DNA of 64,000 nt from Mobula hypostoma (GCF_963921235.1 NC_086097.1:120654001-120718000); one strand, 5' to 3'. Positions 34,880 through 47,309 are shown, counted from the stretch's first letter. Numbers and translations: made by a program. Notes: generated by a model from the letters alone, not told the origin.

Positions 34880-35645
34880 TTAGATTAGATTAGATTCAAT
34901 GTTATTGTCATTGTGCCAAGTACAGATACAAAGCCAATGAAATGCATTTAGCATCTGGCCAGAAATGCAAAGGGTACTGTTATTTACAAAATAACTGCGA
35001 ATAAACAAAGTGTTACAGCACACAAATATAAAAGTACTGTGACAGTACAATATGGACGCAATACTGCTTAGCACTGTGATGAGAGGTTCAGCAGTGTCAC
35101 AGCCTCAGGGAAGAAGCTCTTCTTGTGCCCGCTGGTACGGGAGTGGAGGCTCCTGTAGCGCCTACCGGATGGGAGGAGAGTAAAAAGTCCATGGTTAGAG
35201 TGAGATGCATCCCTGATAATGCTCCTCACCCTGCTCAGGCAGCGTTTATGGTAGATGTTCTCAATGGTGGGCAATTGGGTGCCGATAATCCACTGGGCAG
35301 TTTTCACCACACACTGGAGTGCTTTGCTGTCCAATACAGGATAATTGCCATACCACACTGAGATGCAGTTGGTGAGTATGCTCTCAATGGTACAGCGGTA
35401 AAAGGCCATCAGTATCCTGGGACAGAGGTGAGCTTTCTTCATGATCCACAGGAAATAAAGGCGCTGTTGCACCTTTTTGATCAGGATGGAGGAGTTCAGG
35501 GACAAGGTGAGGTCCTCGGAAATGTGGACACCAAGGAATTTGAAGCTTGATACACACTCCACTACAGTTCCGTTGATGTAGATTCAGATGTGAGTGTGAC
35601 TCCTAGCATGCCTGAAGTCCACAATGATCTCCTTGGTCTTCTGGG
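34880..35645 (-). mobile_element. Rex1/Babar LINE 3' part inserted in the RT of Gypsy B
   Basis: ORF 35068-35562 FKFLGVHISEDL..QQRLYFL..FYRCTIESILTNCISVWYG..LLPSGRRY; (TAGAT)n tail on the plus strand at ~34880. Confidence 0.92.
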
Positions 35646-38524
35646 TGTCATCCAGGTAACACTCTAAGTGTCTGGCAGCCTTGCAACACCTAGTCCATAG
35701 CTTCTGCCAGAGTTCAGGGGCAGATGCTACTCCAAAAATAAGCCTATTATAGTGGTAAAGTGCTTTGTGAATGTTTATGGTGAGAAACACTTTGGACTCT
35801 TCTTCCGTCTCCATCTGCAGGTAGGTCTCAACTTAAGTCCACTTTACTGGAGTGTTTTCTTCCAGAAATGATGCAAAGTATCCTCTGTCCTGCAAAGTGT
35901 TCATGATCTACTGAGTTGATGGTGACTTAAAATTACCACAGATTCTGACAGACAAATTTTTCTTGGCTACAGAGACCACAGGTCCACCCAACCTTGGAAA
36001 GAATTCCTTCAGCCTCTAAGCAATCTAGCTCACTAGCTGCTTTATCATAGATGGTATAAAGAACTGGATGGACTTTGTAAAACATGGATATAGCATTTCT
36101 TTTTAACTTTGATATATTTGAATTTTCCAGTGTATTCCTTGAACCCTGCTGTGGCATTATCCTGTACCTTCCTTAATTCACTTCCAGTTGACTCAACCAC
36201 AGAGGATCTGTCGTGCAAGTAGTTGATGGATCTCCAGTGAAGCGTAGTTGTCTCACCAATCATGGCTCCACAATGCTGGCCCTTCTGTTTTTATCACACT
36301 CGGGCCCAATGTTGCTTGTTGATTGTTGTTTTTCACTATTGTGAATGTCATTCCCAGATGAATTATCTTTTCTCCAGTATAAATTCTTAGCTGTGTATCT
36401 GCAGGCCTCAGCTCAGTATCTTTGAAATGTTGATCAAACTCATTTTGTGGAATGACTGAAACAGCTGAGCCAGTGCCCAGTTCCATTTCAATTAATTTGC
36501 TGTTCACTTCTGATGTAAGCCATATGGCTTGCCTCTTGTTAATTTTCACATTGTAAATCCCTCCTCACATAAAAAAAACAGCAAAGAAAAATGTAACAGG
36601 CACGTCAACCCACAAATCCCTCCACCCACACGAAAAATGAACAAAATAGAGCAGGTACATCAGCACCCCCAAATCCCCCTCTCTGCACAAAAAAAAGAGA
36701 AAAAAACTGGGTGAAAAACGTATAAAACACTATAAGACTGAGAAAAGTTTATAGTCCAAGTCCATATCCAAAATGAAGAAAACCTGGGTAACATTTTTGG
36801 GCACGACGACAGGCTCTCCCCTCTCTGGTATCAGAGCAATCAAAAAACAGGCAGTTGACGTCAACTTTTACATTCATCTCAATGTTTCCATCTCCCTATT
36901 GCTTTAATTGGTGAACAATGCAAGCTTTAATTAGTGCAATGATGTCAAATATCAGCTTCCTCCCCGTCCCGCAGTTTGCCCGCTGTTCGGTTCGCACACA
37001 CTATTCATTTGTTTTCATCTGCCCGACATGCTCTTTGTGTGTGTGTTCTAGTTTGTTACATTTGCTGCAAGTATTTCCTTTAAACCTGCATTGGTCTGGT
37101 GTATATGAGCCCCTGCTGCAAAGGTAACACAATTTGTTCATCCAGGTAGGTTTATGTTTAGGGATTACAATTTTGCTCATGCTCACTTTCTTTCCCGACA
37201 GCAAGTCAATTGCGCCTCTTTCTGCTGTATTCATTGATACAACAGTTTAAAATGCTCTTTTAAATATTAGTTGTTCATCCATTTGGAGCTGTTTTTAAAT
37301 GCTTTCTTGTAAGATACCACAAACTGAACATTCTCTCAGTGCATCATTAAGTCCATCACTGAACTGACAATGCTTAGACAAGTTCTTCCATGCAGCCACG
37401 TAAGCTAAAGTGGACTCTGCTTCCTTTTGATTCCACTTATAAAATCTAAAGCATTCTGCAATCAGTAATGACTTCAGTTCTAAATATCCCCTCGTTGCAT
37501 TCATTGTATCAGCAAAACTCATTTCAGCTGGTTTGGTTAGAGCAGTTAACCATCTAAGCAAACTCTCTACTATTCCTCCTATTGCACTCAGCAACACTTG
37601 GCACTCACTTATTATTGGCTATTTCATTCACTTCAAAATACTGCTCAAGTCATTCAGCATATATAATCCAGTTATCTGCTGCATAATCAAACCTATCTAT
37701 TTTTTCAATATACCCAGTTATTTCTGGTTCTTTTTATTTATTTATTTTATTATAACTTACTATTTATGAACCCATGAATTATTTTGATTTTCTGCCTTTT
37801 TTAAATTTGACCATCTCTCTCCCTTTCCGAAGAGACACATGTTGCAGTTTTATTAAACTCAGAAGTCTGTCTCTCTTGTGCAGAAAAAAAATAATGTTCT
37901 GCCTCAGAAGGTAGTCCATCAACATTTTAAAACTACCTCATTGTCACTGTTACATTTTGTAACTCCAAAACATAAAACTGATCAAAAGAAAAACATGGAA
38001 CCAAAGGTAACGAGTCTACTTCATTCTTCACTTAATGAAGTGCTCACAAATGATGTGATGGCATAATGGTGCATGTCATTCATGTACTTTTACTTATAAC
38101 CTGTAATAAATTATGTAAACAAAGAATGCTTAACTAAACAATATATGTAACATAATTACTCAAATATACTATTAAATACGCAACAATGGGGAGAAGGCAG
38201 ATGAATGCGGTGAGAGGGTTAGTAAATCAGCTAGGATGTAATGGTGGAGCAGACTCGATGGGCCAAATGGCTTAATTCTGTTCCTATGTCTTATGGTTTT
38301 ATTGTGGTCTTATGTTCAGAGGAAGAATGTACAAATTCCTTAAAGACACTAGTTTTAGAGAGAAAAATTCTGGTAAGCGTTTTTTAGTATTTAACGGCAC
38401 ATCACTTTAACTCTTTTCTACATTGTAAAACTGCCCAAACCTTGTGGTGAATTCATGAATAAAACCCAGTCTCGTACATTGTCAGGCTTAACAATGCCGA
38501 TTTGAAAACACATCATTAGAGGAT

Positions 38525-38700
38525 GTCAGGCAGCATCTATGGAGAGAAATGAACAGTTGACATTTCAAGCTGAGACCTTTCATCTTGTCCAAAACGTTGA
38601 CTGTTCATTCCTCTCCATAGGTGATGCACGATCTGTCGAGTTCCTCCAGCAATTTATGTATCTGGATTTCCAGCATCTGCAGAATCTCTTGTGTTTTTTT
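38525..38700. mobile_element. Palindromic Penelope pLTR remnant (two pLTR ends in inverted orientation)
   Basis: GCATCTATGGAGAGAAATGAACAGTTGACATTT pairs with AAACGTTGACTGTTCATTCCTCTCCATAGGTGATGC. Confidence 0.75.
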
Positions 38701-39161
38701 ATTAGGGGATGCTTTGTTCACTCTGCTAGCTTGACATCAGTTCCACCCCTCAAGCAATTTATTACCAAGCCATAGAACACACATTAATGCTAATATTGTC
38801 AGAGTATCACATGATACCACTGACAAGCAATTTGAAAGCTCTGACATCTACATAAAACAAAATGATGATTACAAATGACAAATACAATTGGCAATACCCA
38901 GACACATAATTTGAAGAAAATGTTATTAATCATTTCAACAATGATGAAGACTGTTTACATTGAGTTGGAGAACATTAATTAGCAACTCACAAGTCAATTT
39001 AAATACAAATCAAAGATTATTTATTAATAGAAGCCCTGCAATAAAGTTGACAATTGGTAATTTAAACATACTGTATTAGCATTTATTGTTGTCCTGGCTA
39101 CCAATGTTTTTGGACAGAAGAACTTTGAAGTATGAAAACATATCTGAATTCAGGTTTAAGA

Positions 39162-39740
39162 TATACAGTTGGTGGCCATTTTATTAGGTACTTCCGGTAC
39201 CTAATAAAATGGCTACTGATGGTATGTTTGTGGCTTTTGGCGCCTCTAGCCCAGCCATTCCAAGGTTTGACAGGTTGTGTGTTCAGAGATGTTCTTCTGC
39301 ACACTACTGTTGTGACACATGGTTATTTGATTTACTGCCGGCTTCCTGTCAGTTGAACCAGTCTGGCCATTCTCCTCTGACTTTTCTCAGTAACAAGGCA
39401 TTTTTGCCCAAAGAACTGCTGCTCACTGATTGTTCTTTTTTTTTTTGTTCTCTACACCATTTTCCATAAATTCTAGAGACAGTTGCGCTTGAAAGTCCAA
39501 GAGATCAGGAATTTCTGAAATACGCAAACGACCGTGGCTGGTCCAACAATCATTCCACGGTCAAAGTCACTCAGATCACATTTCTTCCCCATTCTGATAT
39601 ATGGTCTAAACAACAACTGAATGTCTTGTCCATGTCTGCGTGCTTTTAGTATTGAGTTGCTGCCATATGATTGACTGATAAATTATTTGCATTAATGAAC
39701 AGGTGTACAGGTGTACCTAATAAAGTGGCCATTGGGTGTA
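39162..39740 (-). mobile_element. Non-autonomous Tc1 derivative, complete, with palindromic end
   Basis: TIR GTACCTAATAAAGTGGCC at ~39713-39730; palindrome GTGGCCATTTTATTAGGTAC-TTCCG-GTACCTAATAAAATGGCTAC at 39172-39216. Confidence 0.88.
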
Positions 39741-40741
39741 AATTTGCAAATTTGAATTTCAACTGTGTTAATTACACCAATAAAGGAGAAATTAAATGGA
39801 CCTTATGCCATTAGTAAGAACAAAGAAAAATTGTTATGCATTTTATATGGTATCAGTTAAACAGTAAAAGGGTTTGGTGTGAATTTGCGTTTTTAAGCAT
39901 AAATTCAGCTGCCACTGCGAGTTACTGGTTGAAACAGAGATCAATTCCTCAAATAGGAACAATGTGGTGGTTGATTGAACAACCATCAACATTTGAGTGG
40001 AAGGGACAGCCTGTTAAAGGAAACTCCAGTGCTAAGGGAGCAAAGGATATGTAGAGGGACACATGGAGAAGAAGATAAAGTGGTGCAAGGTCACAGAGGA
40101 ATTTGAAGATGAGAACAAATTGTTAAAAGCAACTCAATGGGACACAAAAAGGCAGAAATGACAGAAGAGGGTCAGACTAATAGCGCAACAAGATGAAACC
40201 TGGCTTTTAACTTAGCGTTTACTTGATTCTGAGTCATACAATTATAATCTGTCAGATCAGGTAAGCTAACATTAGCTTTATTTGTCATATGTACATTGAA
40301 ACATACAGTGAAATACATCACTTGCATCAAATCAAATCAACCAGTGTTCATGTGGGAACAGGAATGTTAATGTAAGTGGAAGGTTTTAATCTTAGTAATC
40401 TGACAAAGCAATTGAAAATGAAAAAAACTACAAAAACTGGAAATATGAAATAAGACGAAAAAAATGCTGGAAACACTCAACAAGTCAAATAACATCTGTG
40501 CCATAAGAGCTGTTAATGTGTCAGGTCTAGGACCCTTCTTCCAAACCAGGAAAGAAAATAACTCAGGGAGGGTGGAATGCAGAGAATACCTCTGAGAGCG
40601 TGAGACTGGATGATCTAACAGGGCACTCAACATAATTCAAAGCAAACAACAGGAATTCTGCAGATGCTGGAAATTCAAGCAACATACATCAAAGTTGCTG
40701 GTGAACGCAGCAGGCCAAGCAGCATCTCTAGGAAGAGGTAC

Positions 40742-40777
40742 AGTCGATGTTTCAGGCCGAGACCCTTCGTCAGGACT
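40742..40777 (-). ncRNA. Minimal hammerhead ribozyme motif in pLTR
   Basis: Minus strand AGUC-CUGACGA-AGGGUCUCGGCCU-GAAA-C-AUC-GACU; core intact, AUC triplet, stem III palindrome broken. Confidence 0.7.
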
Positions 40778-41075
40778 AACTGAAGGAAGAGTGAGTAAGG
40801 GATTTGAAAGTAGGAGGGGGAGGGGGAGATCCAAAATGATAGGAGAAGACAGGAGGGGGAGGGATAGAGCCGAGAGCTGGACAGGTGATAGGCAAAAGGG
40901 GATATGAGAGGATCATGGGACAGGAGGTCCGGGAAGAAAGACAAGGAGGTGGGGGGTGACCCAGAGGATGGGCAAGAGGTATATTCAGAGGGACAGAGGG
41001 AGAAAAAGGAGAGTGAGAGAAAGAATGTGTGCATAAAACTGAGTAACAGATGGGGTACGAGGGGGAGGTGGGGCA

Positions 41076-42642
41076 TTAGCGGAAGTTAGAGAAGTCGATG
41101 TTCATGCCATCAGGTTGGAGGCTACCCAGACGGAATATAAGGTGTTGTTCCTCCAACCTGAGTGTGGCTTCATCTTTACAGTAGAGGAGGCCGTGGATAG
41201 ACATGTCAGAATGGGAATGGGATGCGGAATTAAAATATGTGGCCACTGGGAGATCCTGCTTTCTCTGGCGGACAGAGCGTAGATGTTCAGCAAAGCGGTC
41301 TCCCAGTCTGCGTCGGGTCTCACCAATATATAAAAGGCCACATCGGGAGCACCGGACGCAGTATATCACCCCAGTCGACTCACAGGTGTGGTGATGCCTC
41401 ACCTGGAAGGACTGTTTGGGACCCTGAATGGTGGTAAGGGAGGAAGTGTAAGGGCATGTGTAGCACTTGTTCCGCTTACACAGATAAGTGCCAGGAGGGA
41501 GATCAGTGGGGAGGGATGGGGGGGACGAATGGACAAGGGAGTCGCGTAGGGAGCGATCCCTGCGGAATGCAGAGAGAAGGGAGGAGGGAAAGATGTGCTT
41601 AGTGGTGGGATCCCGTTGGAGGTGGCGGAAGTTACGGAGAATAATATGTTGGACCCGGAGGCTGGTGGGGTGGTAGGTGAGGACCAGGGGAACCCTATTC
41701 CTAGTGGGGTGGTGGGAGGATGGAGTGAGAGCAGATGTACGTGAAATGGGGGAGATGCGTATAAGAGCAGAGTTGATAGCGGAGGAAGGGAAGCCCCTTT
41801 CTTTAATAAAGGAAGACATCTCCCTCGTCCTAGAATGAAGAGCCTCATCCTGAGAGCAGATGCGGCGGAGATGGAGGAATTGCGAGAAGGGGATGGCGTT
41901 TTTGCAAGAGACAGGGTGAGAAGAGGAATAGTCCAGATAGCTGTGAGAGTCAGTAGGCTTATAGCAGACATCAGTGGATAAGCTGTCTCCAGAGACAGAG
42001 ACAGAAAGATCTAGAAAGGGGAGGGAGGTGTCGGAAATGGACCAGGTAAACTTGAGGGCAGGGTGAAAGTTGGAGGCAAAGTTTATAAAGTCAACGAGTT
42101 CTGCATGCGTGCAGGAAGCAGCGCCAATGCAGTCGTCGATGTAGCGAAGGAAAAGTAGGGGACAGATACCAGAATAGGCACGGAACATAGATTGTTCCAC
42201 AAACCCAACAAAAAGGCAGGCATAGCTAGGACCCATACGGGTGCCCATAGCTACACCTTTAGTTTGGAGGAAGTGGGAGGAGCCAAAGGAGAAATTATTA
42301 AGAGTAAGGACTAATTCCACTAGACGGAGCAGAGTGGTGGTAGAGGGGAACTGATTAGGTCTGGAATCCAAAAAGAAGCGTAGAGCTTTGAGACCTTCCT
42401 GATGGGGGATGGAAGTATATAAGGACTGGACATCCGTGGTGAAAATAAAGCGGTGGGGGCCAGAGAACTTAAAATCATCGAAAAGTTTAAGAGCGTGAGA
42501 AGTGTCACAAACATAGGTCGGAAGGGATTGAACAAGGGGTGATAAAACAGTGTCGAGGTATGCAGAAATGAGTTCGGTGGGGCAGGAGCAAGCTGAGACA
42601 ATAGGTCGGCCAGGACAGGCAGGTTTGTGGATCTTGGGTAGG
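41076..42642 (-). CDS. PLE reverse transcriptase and GIY-YIG endonuclease; N-terminally truncated but stop-free
   Basis: LPKIHKP..GRPIVS, DVQSLYTSIP, QTKGVAMGTRMGPSYA, LRYIDD, LPFLDL, CKRNKCYTC, VIYCVRCSRCGLLYIGET, EEQHLIFRLGSLQPDGMN. Confidence 0.9.
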
Positions 42643-43489
42643 ATTGGGGCCCTGAATGGTGGTAAGAGAGGAAGTGTAAGAGCATGTGTAGCACTTGTTC
42701 GGTAAGGGAGGAAGTGTAAGGCGCTTCCTACATGACTCCCTTGTCCATTCTTCCCCCCCATCCCTCCCCACTGATCTCCCTCCTGGCACTTATCCTTGTA
42801 AGTGGAACAAGTGCTACACATGCCCTTACACGTCCTCCCTTACCACCATTCAGGGCCCCAGACAGTCCTTCCGGGTAAGGCGACACTTCACCTGTGCGTC
42901 GGCTGGGGTGATATACTGCGTCCGGTGCTCCCGATGTGGCCTTCTATATATTAGCAAGACCCAACGCAGACTGGGAGTCCATTTTGCTGAACACCTACAC
43001 TCTGTCCGCCAGAGAAAGCAGGATCTCCCAGTGGCCACACATTTTAATTCCACATCCCATTCCCATTCTGACATGTCTACCCACGGCCTCCTCTACTCTA
43101 AAGATGAAGCCACACTCAGTTTGGAGGAACAACACCTTATATTCCGTCTGGGTAGCCTCCAACCTGATGGCATGAACATTAACTAACTTCTGCTAATGCC
43201 CCACGTCCCCCTTGTACCCCATCCGTTATTTATTTATATACACACATTCTTTCTCTCTCTCCTTTTTCTCCCTCTGTCCCTCTCACTATACCCCTTGCCC
43301 ATCCTCTGGGTTCTCCCCCACCCTTGTCTTTCTCCCTGGGCCTCCTGCCCCATGATCCTCTCATATCCCTTTTGCCAATCAACTGTCCAGCTCTTGGCTC
43401 CATCCCTCGCCCTCCTGTCTTCTCCTATCATTTTGGATCTCCCCCTCCCCCTCCAACTTTCAAGTCTCTTACTAGCTCTTCCTTCAGTT

Positions 43490-43525
43490 AGTCCTGACGA
43501 AAGGTCTCGGCCCGAAACGTCGACT
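43490..43525 (+). ncRNA. Minimal hammerhead ribozyme motif in the inverted pLTR
   Basis: AGUC-CUGACGA-AAGGUCUCGGCCC-GAAA-C-GUC-GACU; core and ACGU palindrome intact, stem II weakened. Confidence 0.7.
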
Positions 43526-43585
43526 GTACCTCTTCCTACAGATGCTGCCTGCCCTGCTGCGTTCACCAGCAACTTTGATGTGTGT

Positions 43586-43892
43586 TCCACAAACTATGGA
43601 CTCACTTTCAAGGACTCTACAATTCATGTTCTCAATATTCATTCATTCATTCATTCATTCATTCATTTATTTATTTATTTTTGTTATTTTGTTATTTTTT
43701 CTTCATTGTTTTTGCACAAATTATTGTCCTTTGCACGTTGGTTCTTTGTCTTTCTTTGCACTCAGTTTTTCATTGATTCTATTATGTATCTTCATATTTA
43801 CTGTGAATGTCCTCAAGGAAAGGAATTTCAGGGTAGTATATGGTAATATATGCATACTTTGATAATAAATTTACTTTCAACATTGAACTTTG
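43586..43892 (+). mobile_element. Rex1/Babar 3' UTR containing (ATTC)n
   Basis: CTATGGACTCACTTTCAAGGACTC..GATAATAAATTTACTTTCAAC; similar to 18780-19250. Confidence 0.7.
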
Positions 43893-44099
43893 GCTGTTCA
43901 TTTCCTAGACAAGGGAGTTTGATTGGCAATTATTCACAATTAACAGTGTATAACAGTGAATCATAGATGTAGTTTTCCACCATCTTTAATCGGTGAAACT
44001 TAAAGGGGGAATGTTTTTATGGGAAGTTGTTGGAACTGATGAAAAATTACTGACAGCTTGTAAGTTACTCTTTCAAAAGACTAATCTTAAAATAGTGTT

Positions 44100-44410
44100 G
44101 GTGGCAGAGTAGCTTAGTGATTAGCATAACATTATTTCAGTGCCAGATGTAGGATTTAAATTTAATTCCTGCGGCTGTCTGTAAGATGTTTGTACGTTCT
44201 TGCCGTTACCACATGGATTTCCTCCTGTTTCCTCCCACATTCCAAAGGCATAGAGGTTAGCGTTAGTGAGCTGTGGGTGTGCTATGTTTGTGCCAGAAGC
44301 GTGGTGACACTTGCCCAACAGAATCTTGTTTAATTTGTTTTGACGCAAATGACACATTTCACTGTATGTTTCAATGTACATGTGACAGATGAAGCTAATC
44401 TTTAATCTTT
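44100..44410 (+). mobile_element. tRNA-derived V-SINE-like SINE, full length, diverged
   Basis: GTGGCAGAGTAGCTTAGTG head, TGTACGTTCT..TTTCCTCCCACATTCCAAAG core, (AATCTTT)n tail. Confidence 0.8.
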
Positions 44411-45162
44411 AAGTTAATATGCTAACACAGAAGAGGGATTGAAGCCATGATAATACTAAATGATGGGTCATGCCTGAGAAGCCAGTGAACTAATCCTGCT
44501 GTCACTTTCTAATGTTTTTGTATATAGGATAGCTCTTCATTAGCCAAGAGTCTTCACAGCTAGGCTCTTCCTTGGTTGCTCTGGATAGCCATATCATCTT
44601 CTTTACAAGCCAGAATTGGCAACCTTTACAATAGCAGGGATGTAGAATGGAAGGCTTCACAGAGCAACGAACAGAGCACAAAGGTTTCTAATAATCTATT
44701 TCAATCTGTTAGAGAATGGAACAGAATATGGGGTCCTTTACAGAGCTGAAGATGATACCTCTTTAATTTTCCTTCTATTTGTGGTAGCAAATTTTATGAG
44801 CAACTCTAAACAGAGAGAAGGATAACAATATAATAATAACGGTAGTGTGATCACGCGAGTGATGTTCTCCAGAGGGGTTGTCTATTGGTCGGTCCTCAGA
44901 TGGCTGTCAAGGTTGATCTGGGATCCACATAACTGGGATGTTTATGTGGATTTCATTAATGGAGAACACCTGTGTGTAACCAAGGCACGAAATTGAAGGC
45001 AAAGGCCATAGAACAATAGTGCTTGTAGCCCAGGGCTTCATCCGATGGGAATTTGACACAGGTCAGTCAGATGACCTCAAACCAATGAAATTGAACATTG
45101 TAGATTAACCTGATAAGAAGAAGTATAAAAATAGATGATTTGTGGGCTCAACAGTGACATCT

Positions 45163-45755
45163 CATAGTCATAGTCTCAGTCATAGTCATAGTCATACTTT
45201 ATTGATCCCAGGGGGAAATTTGTTTTCATTACAGTTGCACCATAAATAATAAATAGTAATAGAACCCTAAATAGCTAAATAGTAATATGTAAAGTATGCC
45301 AGTAAATTATGAAATAAGTCCAGGACCAGCCTATCGGCTCAGGATGTCTGACCCTCCAAGGGAGGAGTTGTAAAGTTGATAGCCACAGGCAGGAATGACT
45401 TCCTATGACGCTCTGTGCTGTATCTCGGTGGAATGAGTCTCCGGCTGAATGTACTCCTGTGCCCACCCAGTACATTATGTAGTGGATGGGAGACATTGAC
45501 CAAGATAGCATGAAACTTAGACAGCATCCTCTTTTCAGATACCACCGTGAGAGAGTCCAGTTCCATCCCCACAACATCACTGGCCTTACGAATGAGTTTG
45601 TTGATTCTGTTGGTGTCTGCTACCCTCAGTCTGCTGCCCCGGCACACAACAGCAAACATGATAGCACTGGCCACCACAGACTCGTAGAACATCCTCAGCA
45701 TCGTCTGGCAGATGTTAAAGGACCTCAGTCTCCTCAGGAAATAGAGACGGCTCTC
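45163..45755 (-). mobile_element. Rex1 LINE 3' end
   Basis: MLRMFYESVVASAIMFAVVC..NKLIRKASDVVG..HPLH..SFLPVAI; (CATAGT)n tail on the plus strand. Confidence 0.9.
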
Positions 45756-46439
45756 CGGAGATCAGTCATTGCAGATGTGAAGAATCCCTTGTCGGATATG
45801 TGGAGATTAGATCAGGACCACAAACAATATCTAGCCAGCATAGACTCCTTTCCCAGGTATTATCTTTTCTATTCTTTGACTGTCCATGGAGGGTCAGGAA
45901 AACTTAGTAGCTGTATGCACAGGTATTCAGTTGTGTAAATTCAAGTGCTTGTGAACTAAGTCAGTAATTACAGATTCTCTCTGTGACTAACTAATCATTA
46001 TTACTAAGGGGTGTTCCTTGTAATGGAATCTTTGTCTGGAACCTTACTGCCATAGGTGATCTGACCCAGGAGCTAAGCTCCAGACAGCATTGCTTTTAGG
46101 ATCAGGAAACTCACAAACCTCTCCACCATAGCAAAGCGATAATTCTCCTGAAGAATATCCAAATATCTGACTAAACTGCACACATTCAGACTTAATACAA
46201 GCTGCAAGCTAATTGCGTTCAGTGAATCTAGCCAGCAATCAACCTGCTGTTTTTTTGAATGCTTCAGTGAACTGGTAACCTGGAAGAGCCCAGAAACATA
46301 CTGCATGTATTATTGGCAGCTGAGACGATGACTGTTAATAACAGTACTATATCCTTAACAGAGGCTCTTCCTAGTTAGCTAGTAGCTGATGCCTCCCTGC
46401 CTCATTACTGTCTATATAAATTTAAAACAATTGTTTATA

Positions 46440-47018
46440 TACACACAGTGAGCACTTAATTTGGTGCAGTGCATCCTGTACCTAATGAAGTGGCCACCGA
46501 GTGTATATTTGAGGTCTTTTGCTACTGTAGCTAATGCACTTTAAGGTTCAATGTGTTGTGTGTTCAGAGATGCTCTTCTGCACACCACTGTTGTAATCTT
46601 GAACTGGTATTGACATCCCTGTCATCTTGAACCAGTCTGGACATTCTCTGATTTCTCTTATTGAAAAGGCATTCTTGCCCACAGAACTGCCACTCACTGG
46701 ATGTTTTTTTTTGTTGTTTTTTTTGCACCATTCTCTGCAAATTCTTGACAGAGACTGTTGTGCAAGAGAATTTCAGGAGATCAGCAGTTGCTGAGACACA
46801 CTAACCACCCTGTCTGCCACCACCAACCATTCCATGGTCAAAGTCACTTAGGTCACATTCCTTCCTCATTCTGATGTTTGGTCGGAACAACAACTGAACC
46901 TCTTGACCAAGTCTGCATGCTTTTATGTATTGAGTTGCTGTCAAATGATTGACTGATTAGTTATTTGCCTTAACAGGCAAGTGAAATGTGTACCTAATAA
47001 AGTGGCCATTGAGTGTAT
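46440..47018 (-). mobile_element. Non-autonomous Tc1 derivative
   Basis: GTACCTAATAAAGTGGCCATTGAGTGTA at the right end; degenerate palindromic end at ~46445-46505. Confidence 0.85.
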
Positions 47019-47309
47019 GTGCCAAATGCAGTCATTCCTGAATATGACAAGCAGATTCCGTTCCTGAAAATATTTTGTTAAATGTAAATTTGAAAATCAT
47101 AGTACTGGGCAAACGTGCATGGTGAGTATTTTGATAGAGAGAATTCTTGTGGAAAGAGTGTGATGCAACATTTATTAGAGCAAAATGAAGAAAAATAATT
47201 CAGAAGTCAAAGGCACTTAAACCAGAGTAATTGGTATTACACTGAAAATTTAAAAATTAAGGAACACTACTAATTTGGCCTGTACCTACTGATGGACTGC
47301 AGTATTTTC

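Larger units (their letters stand above)
31250..38185 (-). mobile_element. Gypsy LTR retrotransposon copy B (5' LTR 37948-38185, gag, PR, RT, RNase H, INT), decayed, with nested insertions
   Basis: gag LLIAECFRFYKWNQ..FSDGLNDALR and zinc-knuckle remnants; PR MELGTGSAVSVI; RT YNRLIFGVASAP..CYLDD; INT YHPATNGLVEKFVQSLK; LTR homologous to 13108-13347. Confidence 0.85.
40641..43585. mobile_element. Young Penelope-like element (Poseidon type): minus-strand body 40641-42642 plus inverted plus-strand arm 42722-43585
   Basis: RT plus GIY-YIG ORF; pseudo-LTR with hammerhead at both outer ends; ~0.87-kb inverted repeat. Confidence 0.95.

Noticed and set aside
13108..38185. One giant Gypsy element bounded by the homologous LTRs at 13108-13347 and 37948-38185
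   Set aside because: Integrase and RNase H sequence occurs twice (14300-15500 and 31250-32550), the LTRs are strongly diverged and no TSD is visible. Two separate decayed copies fit better.
41076..42821. The 581-aa ORF as a complete PLE protein
   Set aside because: The first ~60 residues come from the inverted arm and junction fragments; the real N-terminal region is missing, so it is not a full-length protein.
40637..43862. Small ORFs such as VSPDEGSRPETSTVPLP and the many antisense ORFs in the PLE
   Set aside because: Translations of the non-coding pLTR/hammerhead or of the antisense strand of the RT gene.
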